From a virus (lineage: Duplodnaviria; Caudoviricetes), in IMG/VR virus record IMGVR_UViG_2600254917_000001, positions 31,254-95,253 of that record: a stretch of 64,000 nucleotides of DNA; one strand, 5' to 3'. The position numbers were made by a program, and so were the translations under genes. Shown in pieces: positions 30,900 through 39,902 of the stretch. Every line of letters begins with the position of its first letter. The first letter of the stretch is position 1. The notes beneath the pieces are model-generated. The model did no database searches. It saw only the letters and a program-made list of their open reading frames with translations, and was not told where the DNA came from.

Positions 30900-31539
30900 A
30901 TGAGTGATTTACATCTGATCCTGACCACGACTCAGCGAGAAGTGCTTGATTCGTTCACAAGGAATTTCGAAGGTCTGCCTAACTGCCGTATTCACCAGGG
31001 CTTCTATCAGGAATTACGAAAACATGACGCGGTGGTTTCACCGGCAAACAGTTTTGGCCTGATGGATGGCGGTTTCGATCTGGTGCTCACGCAGCGCTTC
31101 GGGGAACAGCTCATGAAGCGCGTCATGATGCATATCGATGAGCATTACCTCGGCGAGCAGCCTGTAGGAACCGCGTTCGTTATTGAAACCGGGCATCCAT
31201 ATACCCCCTGGCATGGTCCATGCCCCGACTATGCGTGTGCCAGAGCTGGTGGCCGGTACAGACGTCGCGTACCGCTCAACTTGGGCCGCGCTGATTGGGA
31301 TCCATAACCACAACCTGCAGGCTGACGCCGACAAGCAAATTAAGAGCGTTGTCTTTACCGGAATGGGCGCTGGTTGCGGGGAAATGCCTCCGGAAAGTGT
31401 GGGCCAGCAAATGGCGCTGGCGTGGGCGCGCTATCATGAAGTATTGAGCGGAACGGCTTACAACGGGATGAGCCGCTGGCAGATGGCCATTAATATTCAA
31501 CGGCGAGTAATTAGTGCCGTGGTTGGGGTTGAGCAGTAG
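30900..31539 (+). pseudogene. Macrodomain (ADP-ribose binding/hydrolase) gene with a +1 frameshift
   Basis: DAVVSPANSFGLMDGGFD..EQPVGTA in one frame, HAPTMRVP..GMGAGCG in another; shift near 31212. Confidence 0.75.
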
Positions 31540-31736
31540 TTGGCCCGCTTCTCTGCAACTGTGGTTGCCAAGAGCGCAGATGATGCGCTTAGAGCTAACC
31601 TTTCTTCGGTAGCTCGTTTTATGACAGGGCGGCTTCTGCGGGCTCTATTACCTTCGGTCAATGATTGCATTTCTCCGACCCTCCACTGGATGTTAAAAGG
31701 GGAGGTGGTGCCTCCCCTTTACTTACGTTTCCGCTA

Positions 31737-31832
31737 TCAGTCGAAATACTGGCGGATCAATTCCAAAACAGCAATCATCGCTTCTGCAAGCGCGATCACT
31801 CCTTTGAGAATAATGATTAGTTTACTAATCAT
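31737..31832 (-). CDS. DinQ-like type I toxin (31 aa, MISKLIIILKGVIALAEAMIAVLELIRQYFD)
   Basis: Resembles DinQ (LELIR); GGAG RBS in hairpin; terminator about 31695-31720. Confidence 0.7.
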   Translation of the reverse strand: MISKLIIILKGVIALAEAMIAVLELIRQYFD

Positions 31833-32126
31833 CCGTTACTCCACTACGTGGAGGGAGTGCGCCGTTGCCTGCTCATGGACGCCTGGCACAACGGTGTCCC
31901 CTAAAAATGTCAGTTAATAGATAGCACCCCTCCTGCCAGAGCCCTCTGTAGCGGCACCACCCGTTTACAGAGCCAGGACTTTCATATCATTCATGCAGCG
32001 CAGAATGCAGGAGATCGACTAACTATAAAGCTAACCCCCTGATTATACTCTCAAGAAAGAGCACGGGTAAATCGTGAAGGGAACATTCGGGTTGCATGAA
32101 CGTGATGGAGGGCGTATTCTTTGATT

Positions 32127-32215
32127 GTTAGTTAATAGAGAGCACTCCTCCAGCCAGGGCACTCCACCTCGGCACTGGAACTGCAAAAACCCGACCTCAC
32201 CAGTCGGGTTTTTTG
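32127..32215 (+). ncRNA. Putative antitoxin sRNA (AgrB-like)
   Basis: TTGCAT-17-TATTCT promoter; 27/31-nt match to 31909-31939 (antisense to toxin leader); terminator. Confidence 0.7.
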
Positions 32216-32240
32216 CATTATAAAGCAGCTCAATCTCAGT

Positions 32241-32321
32241 ATGGTGTCTCGGGCAGGGCCACCGAAAGGTGGGCCGGATGTCGCCGCGCCGGTTGTTGCA
32301 ACCCTGTTCGAGTCACCGCCA
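32241..32321 (+). promoter_or_regulatory. Orphan C4-target-like hairpin element
   Basis: Near-identical scaffold to 33451-33533, without adjacent C4 or downstream operon. Confidence 0.6.
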
Positions 32322-32330
32322 GCGATAAAC

Positions 32331-33140
32331 TCACTTAGTAATAAAGAGCTGTAGAAAAGCTGCAGCAGCGCTCCCTGCGGCAGCGATTGCGGCGAATAAA
32401 GTAGCCCAAAACATTTGGCGCTGTTGTTTGCTGTTATCGCGATGTCGGCGGTTCTGGAGCTGGTATTCGGCTTGAGTTGAGAAGGCTTTACCTGTTGGTC
32501 TGTACCCCGTAATGGGTTCCCTTGTTAGTTCCCCGCCATCAACGAACGAGTCAAGGGCCAGTGTCAGCTCACGCTTGATTTGCTCTTTCTTCGGATGTTC
32601 CTGCCATCGATGCGAATGGATCTGCGTGGCTATCTGGCTTATTCCAAAAGAATGGCCATCCTTGATGTAGAGTGCAATGGCAACGTCTAAAACGCGCATT
32701 CGGTCTTTGACGCTTGGCTCCTGGCTGTTAAAGCGGTGCTGCTGCACTTCATCATTCTGCTGGTCCTTTTCGATGCCTGAGATTACTTTTTGGTGATCTT
32801 TACTATCCAATTCTTGTAAATCATCGAATTCAATTCGGTAGCCACGAAAGTAATGTGTTCCATACACCTGAGCAGGTGTTATGTCGACGATATTCAGACG
32901 GGCAGGGATGCGAAAAGACTCGGCCTGGGGATCGTATTCTAAGACATCGATGTTATTACCATCCATGCCCGTGAAAAGGTATCCATCGCCATTTTCGCCC
33001 CCACGGATATAGACCTCATACATGTCAGCATCACGCAATGCAGAACGAGACAGGGAAAACCGATCAGGAGTGTTTTTCTCGTTGAAAATTGGGAGCCACT
33101 TCTTTACCAGATCCTCTTTACGCCACTTATGCCACCACAT
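32331..33140 (-). CDS. Hypothetical protein with wHTH-like region and C-terminal membrane anchor
   Basis: 269 aa; hydrophobic tail WATLFAAIAAAGSAAAAFLQLF. Confidence 0.65.
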   Translation of the reverse strand: MWWHKWRKEDLVKKWLPIFNEKNTPDRFSLSRSALRDADMYEVYIRGGENGDGYLFTGMDGNNIDVLEYDPQAESFRIPARLNIVDITPAQVYGTHYFRGYRIEFDDLQELDSKDHQKVISGIEKDQQNDEVQQHRFNSQEPSVKDRMRVLDVAIALYIKDGHSFGISQIATQIHSHRWQEHPKKEQIKRELTLALDSFVDGGELTREPITGYRPTGKAFSTQAEYQLQNRRHRDNSKQQRQMFWATLFAAIAAAGSAAAAFLQLFITK

Positions 33141-33343
33141 ATTGCTACGCCCCGTTCCGTTTGATATCGGTTAATCATAGCACTGCATTGAATAGCCACA
33201 AAATACCTACATCATACATATGGTAAATGCATATCAGATGTATGTTGTAAGCATTTTATGAAACGTTTAGTATAGTATCGCTTTTGATGTCGCCGTTTCA
33301 GAAATCCTTGACGCTACTCCGGTTAATCAGGTAGCGTATTGAT

Positions 33344-33420
33344 GCGCCAGCAAAATCTGGCGCCGGGATTGAGACCCCGGAAATACACATGGCGACACAG
33401 ACGCGCCCGCGTCTTTTTTT
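33344..33420 (+). ncRNA. c4: C4 antisense RNA, copy 2 (loops TTGAGAC / ACACATGG)
   Basis: Same scaffold as copy 1; targets GTCTCAA and CCGTGTGT at about 33490-33512. Confidence 0.85.
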
Positions 33421-33587
33421 GTGTCAGCGCCTGCGCGCACCTATAGAATAATGGTGGCTCGGGCAGGGCCACCGAAAGGTGGGCCGGTTTCCGTGTGTGC
33501 CGGTAGTCTCAACCCTGTTCGAGTCACCACCAGCGAGCTTGAGACCTCCGGTGGTGATCTTCAAAATTACACACGGAGACTGCCATC

Positions 33588-34067
33588 ATGGCTACCATCC
33601 CTACCCAGACTTTACCCTCAGACAGCCAGCTATCCTCTCTGGCGCTTAACGCGCTGCGCGCATCGATGTTCCTGAGCATCTCAGATCCTGCGTGTGCAGA
33701 AACACTGGCCGCGCGTTTACTGGCAACCGGCAATACAGAAAATCTCTCCACATTAAGCGAGGCACAGCTCCAGCTGGATGCTGTTAAGCGCGCTATCTGG
33801 CGTGCGTGGGATATGTCACCGACACTGGTGGACTATCGCCGTGCCTGGCTGCTTGACGACGATCTGGACCTGTCGTCGGAAGAAGCGTTTCCCGTACTCC
33901 ATGCGAAGTTCTCACAGTTGCGTACGCTAATCAGCTGCGCGGAAAAGCTGTTGGAGCCACTGGGCACCAACACGTACCTGGAAGACGTGCGCCAGCTGCT
34001 CGGTACCGCCTCCGACATCGCTGGTGGCGCGCTGGCCATGGCTGTGTTTGACGAGGTGGCCGCATGA
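33588..34067 (+). CDS. Conserved first gene of C4-controlled operon, copy 2
   Basis: Paralog of 19331 ORF. Confidence 0.75.
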   Translation: MATIPTQTLPSDSQLSSLALNALRASMFLSISDPACAETLAARLLATGNTENLSTLSEAQLQLDAVKRAIWRAWDMSPTLVDYRRAWLLDDDLDLSSEEAFPVLHAKFSQLRTLISCAEKLLEPLGTNTYLEDVRQLLGTASDIAGGALAMAVFDEVAA

Positions 34068-34822
34068 ACCTTTCAAATAACGAGGTAGGCTTCATCGACA
34101 GCCAGGATCTATTGAAAATGGTAAACCTGGCACGTAAGCAAAGCGGTGAGAAGTCGATCAGGAACAATGATTTTATCAGCCGCGTAAAGGATGAATTGGA
34201 TGGTGAGACCTACGAAATTTTCGTAGGTCGTAAAAATGGTGCAGAGATAGAACAGGTCTCAATGTCCTTCAAGCAAGCCCTGCGAGTCGCCGCGCGCGAA
34301 TCAAAGGCCGTCCGCCGTACGCTGGTGGATAAGCTGGAGTCGATGCAGCAACCCGCGCATGCGCCGGTACCAGCACTTACCACCAGCACCGCCGATACGA
34401 TCGCTGCGGGCGTGGCATTGCTGGATGGCACCAGAAAATTACTCCACATATCGGATAGCAGCGTGCTCGCGGCCCTGCGCAAACTGCAAAGCGCAGCTGG
34501 GCTACCTGACCTGCTTCCTGGCTATGCGGTCGACGCGCCGCTGTCCGCCACGGGCGGCAGCAGTGAGCCAACATCGAGCCTTCGCCAGCTGCTTGCCGAG
34601 CACGGCGTTACGCTGTCACCGCAAAAAGCGTATGCCCGCCTCGTGGAGCTGGGGATTGTCGAGCAGAAGACGCGAACCAGCACCAGGGGCGAGAAACATT
34701 ACTGGTGCCTGACGGCCAGGGGGCTGGAGTACGGTAAAAACCTGACGTCGCCAGGCAATCCGCGCGCCACGCAGCCGCACTTTTACGATCATCGGTTCGA
34801 CCAGCTGGTGGCGTTGATGTAA
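34064..34822 (+). CDS. Antirepressor-like protein, copy 2 (different N-terminal domain)
   Basis: IDSQDLLKMVNLARK..RVAARESKAVRR N-domain plus shared C-terminal domain. Confidence 0.75.
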   Translation: MNLSNNEVGFIDSQDLLKMVNLARKQSGEKSIRNNDFISRVKDELDGETYEIFVGRKNGAEIEQVSMSFKQALRVAARESKAVRRTLVDKLESMQQPAHAPVPALTTSTADTIAAGVALLDGTRKLLHISDSSVLAALRKLQSAAGLPDLLPGYAVDAPLSATGGSSEPTSSLRQLLAEHGVTLSPQKAYARLVELGIVEQKTRTSTRGEKHYWCLTARGLEYGKNLTSPGNPRATQPHFYDHRFDQLVALM

Positions 34823-34939
34823 CGCACCGCCTGAGAGACGGGAATAGCCTACAGGTGAACGGCTATTCCCATGAATGACAGGCGAAAAAAAACCGCCCCC
34901 GAAGGCGCGGCTAAAAACTGTCTAAGACCGTTTTTTGGG

Positions 34940-35065
34940 TTACTTGGTCTGAGTAATAACGTTGACCTGGAAGGTATTACCGGAGATGTTAATCCCTGGG
35001 CCTTCGGAGGCAACGAACGACTTCAGAACAACGAGCAACACCACCGTTAAGATGGAATTTCTCAT
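34940..35065 (-). CDS. TimP-like type I toxin (41 aa)
   Basis: MRNSILTVVLLVVLKSFVASEGPGINISGNTFQVNVITQTK; AAGGAG RBS in GCTCC hairpin. Confidence 0.6.
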   Translation of the reverse strand: MRNSILTVVLLVVLKSFVASEGPGINISGNTFQVNVITQTK

Positions 35066-35513
35066 TTCTTCGCTCCTTTGTGGGAGCTATGTGGCGCTGC
35101 TTAATTTGAGTTTCCCGCAATGCCAACGACAAGCAGTGTCAACTTACGAGTCTTCATAGCAGAGTTTATCGGGATCTCCGGCAAGCTCAACCAGGGGTTC
35201 CTAATCCCCGACCATTGACCGTGTATTACGAGAACAGTTGGCGGCTTCCGCCGTCGGTAATCGTGTCTGGAAAAAGTCATTACTTGATCCAACCACATGA
35301 TCAGATAGTTCATAAGCTCATTAGCTACATAACATATCTATCAATTTACCAAGACCAATGGTCAAAACGTTTCTCATCAATACGTCTGCTCAGACAAAAA
35401 GATGACGAATCAAGAGTATAAAAAAACAATACCCTAAACAAGGGATCGATCAGATTAATCTGCTTCCACGCATAGTTTTATTGATAATTGATGATTCTTC
35501 GTACACAATGAGG

Positions 35514-35600
35514 GTGTCAACTTACGAGTCTTTATGGCTTGCCCGCGCTGCTCCTAACAGCCCGGGGGAAGAAACCGCCTCCCTAAGGCGGTTTCTTTTT
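35514..35600 (+). ncRNA. Putative antitoxin sRNA (TimR-like)
   Basis: TTGATA-17-CACAAT promoter; 19-nt exact repeat of 35136-35154; terminator. Confidence 0.65.
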
Positions 35601-35664
35601 GTCTGAACCCCTCCAGTATTTTCTCTTCATTCCGACCGTATGTTCTGCTCATCCGGAGTTCTCA

Positions 35665-35892
35665 ATGCGAGTTATTAGCTATACCTGAGCCAGCCAAAAC
35701 TTGTCGGCGGCTATGCTGCAAACAACAGAAGATCATGCACCGGTTCTCATCGTCAACCAGAACGGCGTGTCATGCGTACTGATGTCGCTGGATGAGTACA
35801 ACTCTCTTGAGGAAACTGCATACCTGATGCGCTCCCCGGCGAACGCCAAACGCCTGTTGAGCTCTATCGAGAGCCTGAAAGCTGGTGGCTAA
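35665..35892 (+). pseudogene. yefM: YefM/Phd antitoxin remnant
   Basis: [37 protein letters not shown]; in-frame TGA at codon 8; no yoeB follows. Confidence 0.8.
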
Positions 35893-36021
35893 AGTCAGTT
35901 CTGACCCGATAGAGTACTCAACGCGGGCTATTTTCTGATTTTTTAGAAAGTGGTACCTATCCGTTACCCCTGGCAACCATAAGTGTTTAACCTTGCCCTT
36001 ATTTGATTAAGGGATTATGCA

Positions 36022-36474
36022 ATGGATACTGTAGAGGAACTTGGCGGGACGTATTTCTATCACGGGAATGAGAACGTAACCCCACAGGAGCTATTTTTGC
36101 TGATATTTGTGGAGGGTTTGGCGAACCATCTGGGCGTAACGGTAGAGACTGCTGCAACAATCCTGGCAGGGCAACCTATTCTACCCAAGCGTAAGGTGCT
36201 GGGCGCGTCTGGTTCGCGTACAAGTATCGCCTCCAAGTTAGCGCGGCGCATTTTAAAGGGAGTCCGCTTTCCTGAAGGCGTGAGGGTGGAGACCATTATC
36301 GGTATGGGAAAAAAACGATACACAAATAAGGTTGGAGCGGTAGTGGGAAGGGCCGTTCCCTATATTGGCTATGCCCAGGCAGTCATCATCTTTGCCCTTG
36401 TGGCCAAAGAAACCAGAACCAAGTACAACCTCATAGCCCGACCGAAAGATCGGATTGCCTGGACCTACTTCTAA
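36022..36474 (+). CDS. STM2901-family protein
   Basis: MDTVEELGGTYFY..GQPILP..TSIAS..VGRAVPYIG. Confidence 0.7.
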   Translation: MDTVEELGGTYFYHGNENVTPQELFLLIFVEGLANHLGVTVETAATILAGQPILPKRKVLGASGSRTSIASKLARRILKGVRFPEGVRVETIIGMGKKRYTNKVGAVVGRAVPYIGYAQAVIIFALVAKETRTKYNLIARPKDRIAWTYF

Positions 36475-36791
36475 TGTTGTTGCCAGATGAGCAAGAGTTT
36501 CTAAATTACATCACTGAAAACTACAGTGAGCGTAAGCAACCCGCCAGGAAGGATTGGACATTTCAGGAGCATTTCAACCTCGTTCCTGAAGACCTGGAGG
36601 ATATGCTGCTCGACCTTTTCAACCGGTATGGAATCGAGCACAGCAACTTTGTCATGGACAACTACTTTGAGCCGGAGCTCTTTTGGTTTCAGTTCGGGCT
36701 TAGAAAGAAGTTTCGCGATCGTCAGTACAAGCCGCTAACGCTCGAAATGATTATCGAGTCTGCCAAGGCGGGACGCTGGCTGTATGACTAA
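36474..36791 (+). CDS. DUF1493-family protein
   Basis: C-terminal PLTLEMIIESAKAGRWLYD. Confidence 0.75.
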   Translation: MLLPDEQEFLNYITENYSERKQPARKDWTFQEHFNLVPEDLEDMLLDLFNRYGIEHSNFVMDNYFEPELFWFQFGLRKKFRDRQYKPLTLEMIIESAKAGRWLYD

Positions 36792-36815
36792 GGGGCTTTG
36801 CGCCCCCTACGTTCT

Positions 36816-37298
36816 CTACGCAGACTGGCGTTCGTTCCAGGCATCACTGAAGATGATATTCCCGTCGTTATGCTTCCAGGTGATCTTCTCGTAACGCAAC
36901 TCCACCGTCTCCATATGGTTTTCGTTCGGGTTATCCCCGGGTGCCATTGCAGGGGAGATAGAAACGATCTGTACACCTTCAAGTAGCATGTTGAAGTACT
37001 CCTCCTCCTGCCCATGGTAGTTGATCCGGTACCATTTTATTTCTGCTGATACCAGTTTCTGGCCGGTAGCTACTGCCTTATAGAGGTACGGGCTTGAGCA
37101 ATCGAACTCTTTAATGATCAGCATAGGCGAGTGCATACGTGTACCGGTTATTTTTCCGGTGGCGTCATCGGTTGGGATCGTGAGGTTGTGGTGGAACCCT
37201 TTGACCTCGATACTGCATTCTCTGTCCTGGACATCAACTCCGCCTTTAATTAATGCGCCGCCGTCGTCCTTTAGCCATAAGTAAGCTGGTATAGCCAT
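36816..37298 (-). CDS. hcp: Type VI secretion tube protein Hcp (orphan)
   Basis: MAIPAYLWLKDDGG..TGTRMHSP..KEFDCSSPYL..HMETVELRYEKITW. Confidence 0.92.
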   Translation of the reverse strand: MAIPAYLWLKDDGGALIKGGVDVQDRECSIEVKGFHHNLTIPTDDATGKITGTRMHSPMLIIKEFDCSSPYLYKAVATGQKLVSAEIKWYRINYHGQEEEYFNMLLEGVQIVSISPAMAPGDNPNENHMETVELRYEKITWKHNDGNIIFSDAWNERQSA

Positions 37299-37302
37299 TT
37301 CC

Positions 37303-37578
37303 CTATTTCCTTATCTCGTTGAATAACGTCATTGTCAGGAGATATATAACCGTCGTAATGAGAAGAATGGTCATCATTCCGATGTAGGTATAAATCTCGT
37401 ATAAACTGTCCTGGCCTATCTCGTCTGGCCCATACAACATCTCGCAAATACGGTTAGACCAGATATAGCTAAACCACCCGTCAGCGGGCCCCAGCGCGCG
37501 CCCTACAGGGAGGGATAATGCGATAAAGTAGACCGTCTTCACCGCTCTACGAACAAGTGTCGGCATTACCATCGTCAA
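37303..37578 (-). CDS. Small two-TM membrane protein upstream of hcp
   Basis: Hydrophobic N- and C-terminal segments. Confidence 0.55.
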   Translation of the reverse strand: MTMVMPTLVRRAVKTVYFIALSLPVGRALGPADGWFSYIWSNRICEMLYGPDEIGQDSLYEIYTYIGMMTILLITTVIYLLTMTLFNEIRK

Positions 37579-37605
37579 TCACCTCTTTCCATACTTGGAC
37601 CATGT

Positions 37606-38046
37606 TTACCGACCGTTTATCTCACCATTGGACTGGATGTTCGGCATGGCCTGCATCTTCTCGACAGGGTTCGAACATTCGTAAGAGCGTATTGGTCTCA
37701 TCGGTTGGTCATCGGCATTCAGCCACTCAGAGGTGAGAACGGCAGGCTGACCGTCATCGTACGTATACAGGTTGTATAAGCCATAAGTTCCGCCCATTTC
37801 GGGGTAGGCAACGAATCGAGTCTTGATAACGGGCGAGCCCATCATTTCTATACGTTCAATTTTTATGTGATCCATCTTGGACGGCCCGCCCTTGGTCGGG
37901 ATGTTATCGATAAAGATAGCCCCTTTTTTATCGAAGACAGTCACCTTCAACTTCTCGCACTTCAGCTCAATCGAGTGATCTTTCGCTGCGTTCCCTGCTA
38001 CCGGCACCAGCAGCGCTAATGCCATTACTGCGCTTGAAAACCTCAT
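37606..38046 (-). CDS. Exported hypothetical protein
   Basis: Signal peptide, two Cys. Confidence 0.6.
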   Translation of the reverse strand: MRFSSAVMALALLVPVAGNAAKDHSIELKCEKLKVTVFDKKGAIFIDNIPTKGGPSKMDHIKIERIEMMGSPVIKTRFVAYPEMGGTYGLYNLYTYDDGQPAVLTSEWLNADDQPMRPIRSYECSNPVEKMQAMPNIQSNGEINGR

Positions 38047-38192
38047 TCCTTTTCCTTCCATCACTGTGTCAATTCACTCCAGCGTATGCCCACACCTGGT
38101 ATGGAAGTTAAAACCAGATCATGTTTACTGCCTGCCGTTGTTACTTTCAGATAATGACCAGGCAATTTTTAATCAAATGAAGGAGTTAGCTC

Positions 38193-38588
38193 ATGAAAGT
38201 TCCAGAAAAGTATCGTGTTAAATCCGGCCCACTTAGCACCACTGCAGAAGATGGCAATAACGGCCTGTTTGTCATCCCCCGCGGGAACGGCTCGAAGCAG
38301 AGCCTGACGGTCATCTCCAGCGACGGCGGCGATTGGGAACACGTCTCTGTTTCAATGAAGGACCGCATGCCGACGTGGGAGGACATGGATTACATCAAAG
38401 GCCTCTTCTGGGATCCGACTGAGGCCGTGATGCAGTTGCACGTGCCTGAAGCGCGGCATATCAACAATCACCCGTTCTGCCTTCATCTCTGGCGCCCAGT
38501 TGCTGGTGGTATTCCAATGCCGCCTCAGTTCATGGTTGGCCTGCCCGGTGCGGAGTGGTGCGCGCCTGCTGGTGAGCCGAACAAATGA
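38193..38588 (+). CDS. Conserved phage hypothetical protein
   Basis: WEHVSVS..RMPTWEDM..VMQLH..HPFCLHLWRP; AGGAG RBS. Confidence 0.7.
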   Translation: MKVPEKYRVKSGPLSTTAEDGNNGLFVIPRGNGSKQSLTVISSDGGDWEHVSVSMKDRMPTWEDMDYIKGLFWDPTEAVMQLHVPEARHINNHPFCLHLWRPVAGGIPMPPQFMVGLPGAEWCAPAGEPNK

Positions 38589-39175
38589 GCCGCAACCTGT
38601 TTTCTGTGGAGTGGCTGGAAGGGCATAAGCAACGTATGGCTTCCTCCGGCCGTAAACGTAAAGACGATATAACGGTCATGAAGGGAGAGCGGGTGCTGTG
38701 TGAAAGCTATAACCGGTTATCACAATCGCCTCACCTCAAGGCGCTCAACATTCTGGAGCGTAACCCGCGCTTACTGGAAGGCAACGCCGAGCATTACGAG
38801 CAAGTGCGGATCCTCTGGCATTTCGAACAGCACAACCCCGCGCTTTATGCGCTGCTACACGCCACACCGAACGGTGGTCAGCGTAGCAAGGCTACGGCCG
38901 GAAAAATGAAGGCGGAAGGGCAAAAGGCTGGTTACCCGGATATGTCGTTAGATAGTCCTCGCGGCGCGTATCACGGTATGCGTTTAGAGCTCAAATTTGG
39001 CAAAAACAGGGTCTCCGAAGACCAGAAGAAGTGGCTGAGGACGCTTGATGCCGAAGGGTATTACTGCGCTGTCGCATATGGCCATGCTGAGGCCATTTCA
39101 CTGCTGGTGGGGTACTGGAACCTGTCAGCAAGTGCAAAAATGCCTGATTACAAGACAGATCATCTCTGGAGGTGA
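38585..39175 (+). CDS. VRR-NUC domain nuclease
   Basis: HATPNGG..KAEGQKAGYPDM..LELK..SEDQKKW. Confidence 0.85.
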   Translation: MSRNLFSVEWLEGHKQRMASSGRKRKDDITVMKGERVLCESYNRLSQSPHLKALNILERNPRLLEGNAEHYEQVRILWHFEQHNPALYALLHATPNGGQRSKATAGKMKAEGQKAGYPDMSLDSPRGAYHGMRLELKFGKNRVSEDQKKWLRTLDAEGYYCAVAYGHAEAISLLVGYWNLSASAKMPDYKTDHLWR

Positions 39176-39211
39176 GACTTTTTTGGTCAAAAAAATACTC
39201 GCAAGATAATT

Positions 39212-39228
39212 AATGTTTAGTAAAGTAT
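39212..39228 (-). promoter_or_regulatory. Putative C1 operator upstream of lpa operon
   Basis: Reverse complement ATACTTTACTAAACATT. Confidence 0.65.
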
Positions 39229-39264
39229 CATTATTGATTGGGTGCAATATTTGAGATCGCAGGT

Positions 39265-39477
39265 ATGTTTTTCAAGCCAAAATATCATTTTTATCTTTAC
39301 GTCTTTCATAGTGACGGCCAGCTCGTCGAAGCAACCCTCTGCTATAAAAAAAACGTCATAACCAGCCCGCGTTTGATAGAAGCTAAGCGTAAAGCCGGTG
39401 TGTCTGATACCGCTGTCATAATGAACATTTCATATTTGGGACGAATGACGAGGCAAGATTATGAGCTCGTCCTATGA
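39265..39477 (+). CDS. Small hypothetical protein
   Basis: NISYLGRMT motif; overlaps lpa start. Confidence 0.5.
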   Translation: MFFKPKYHFYLYVFHSDGQLVEATLCYKKNVITSPRLIEAKRKAGVSDTAVIMNISYLGRMTRQDYELVL

Positions 39478-39901
39478 GTCACTGGTGAGTAAGATAACCT
39501 CTAAAGAAATTTCTGATGTGATGCTTGAGCTACGCCAATGGTTCAATGCTCGTGAGCTGGCCGATTTATTAAGACGCCGTTATCCTTGCCGTAAGGTTGA
39601 GGTTAATGACGTCTACAAACGGCTTGTAGAGTTCAGCGAGTCTTCTAACGCCCATTGTGAAGTTGATATGTCAGTTCGGCCACGCCGGTTCCGGTTGCGC
39701 TCTATCCGGGCCGAGTATTTCAATGAGCTACGCCGCCAACTGTTGCGCAAAGGTGTCGCTGAGTGGGAGGTTAATAGCCTGCTGGGGAATGGTGCGCTAA
39801 CTGAGGAGGAAGTAATAAATAGCTGGAAGTACGCCCATGATATGTGGGATGCGATGTACCGCCGTAATCGCACGTGTCGTCAGAGTGTAGCGAGCAAATA
39901 A
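39461..39901 (+). CDS. lpa: Late promoter activator Lpa
   Basis: KITSKEISDVM..ARELA..YP..DVYKRL..RPRRF resembles P1 Lpa; upstream of pacA. Confidence 0.8.
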   Translation: MSSSYESLVSKITSKEISDVMLELRQWFNARELADLLRRRYPCRKVEVNDVYKRLVEFSESSNAHCEVDMSVRPRRFRLRSIRAEYFNELRRQLLRKGVAEWEVNSLLGNGALTEEEVINSWKYAHDMWDAMYRRNRTCRQSVASK

Positions 39902-39902
39902 C

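Noticed and set aside
33421-33675. Ash-like ORF across the C4 target leader
   Set aside because: Its conservation is explained by RNA structure and it overlaps the 159-aa gene out of frame; a regulatory leader-peptide role cannot be excluded.
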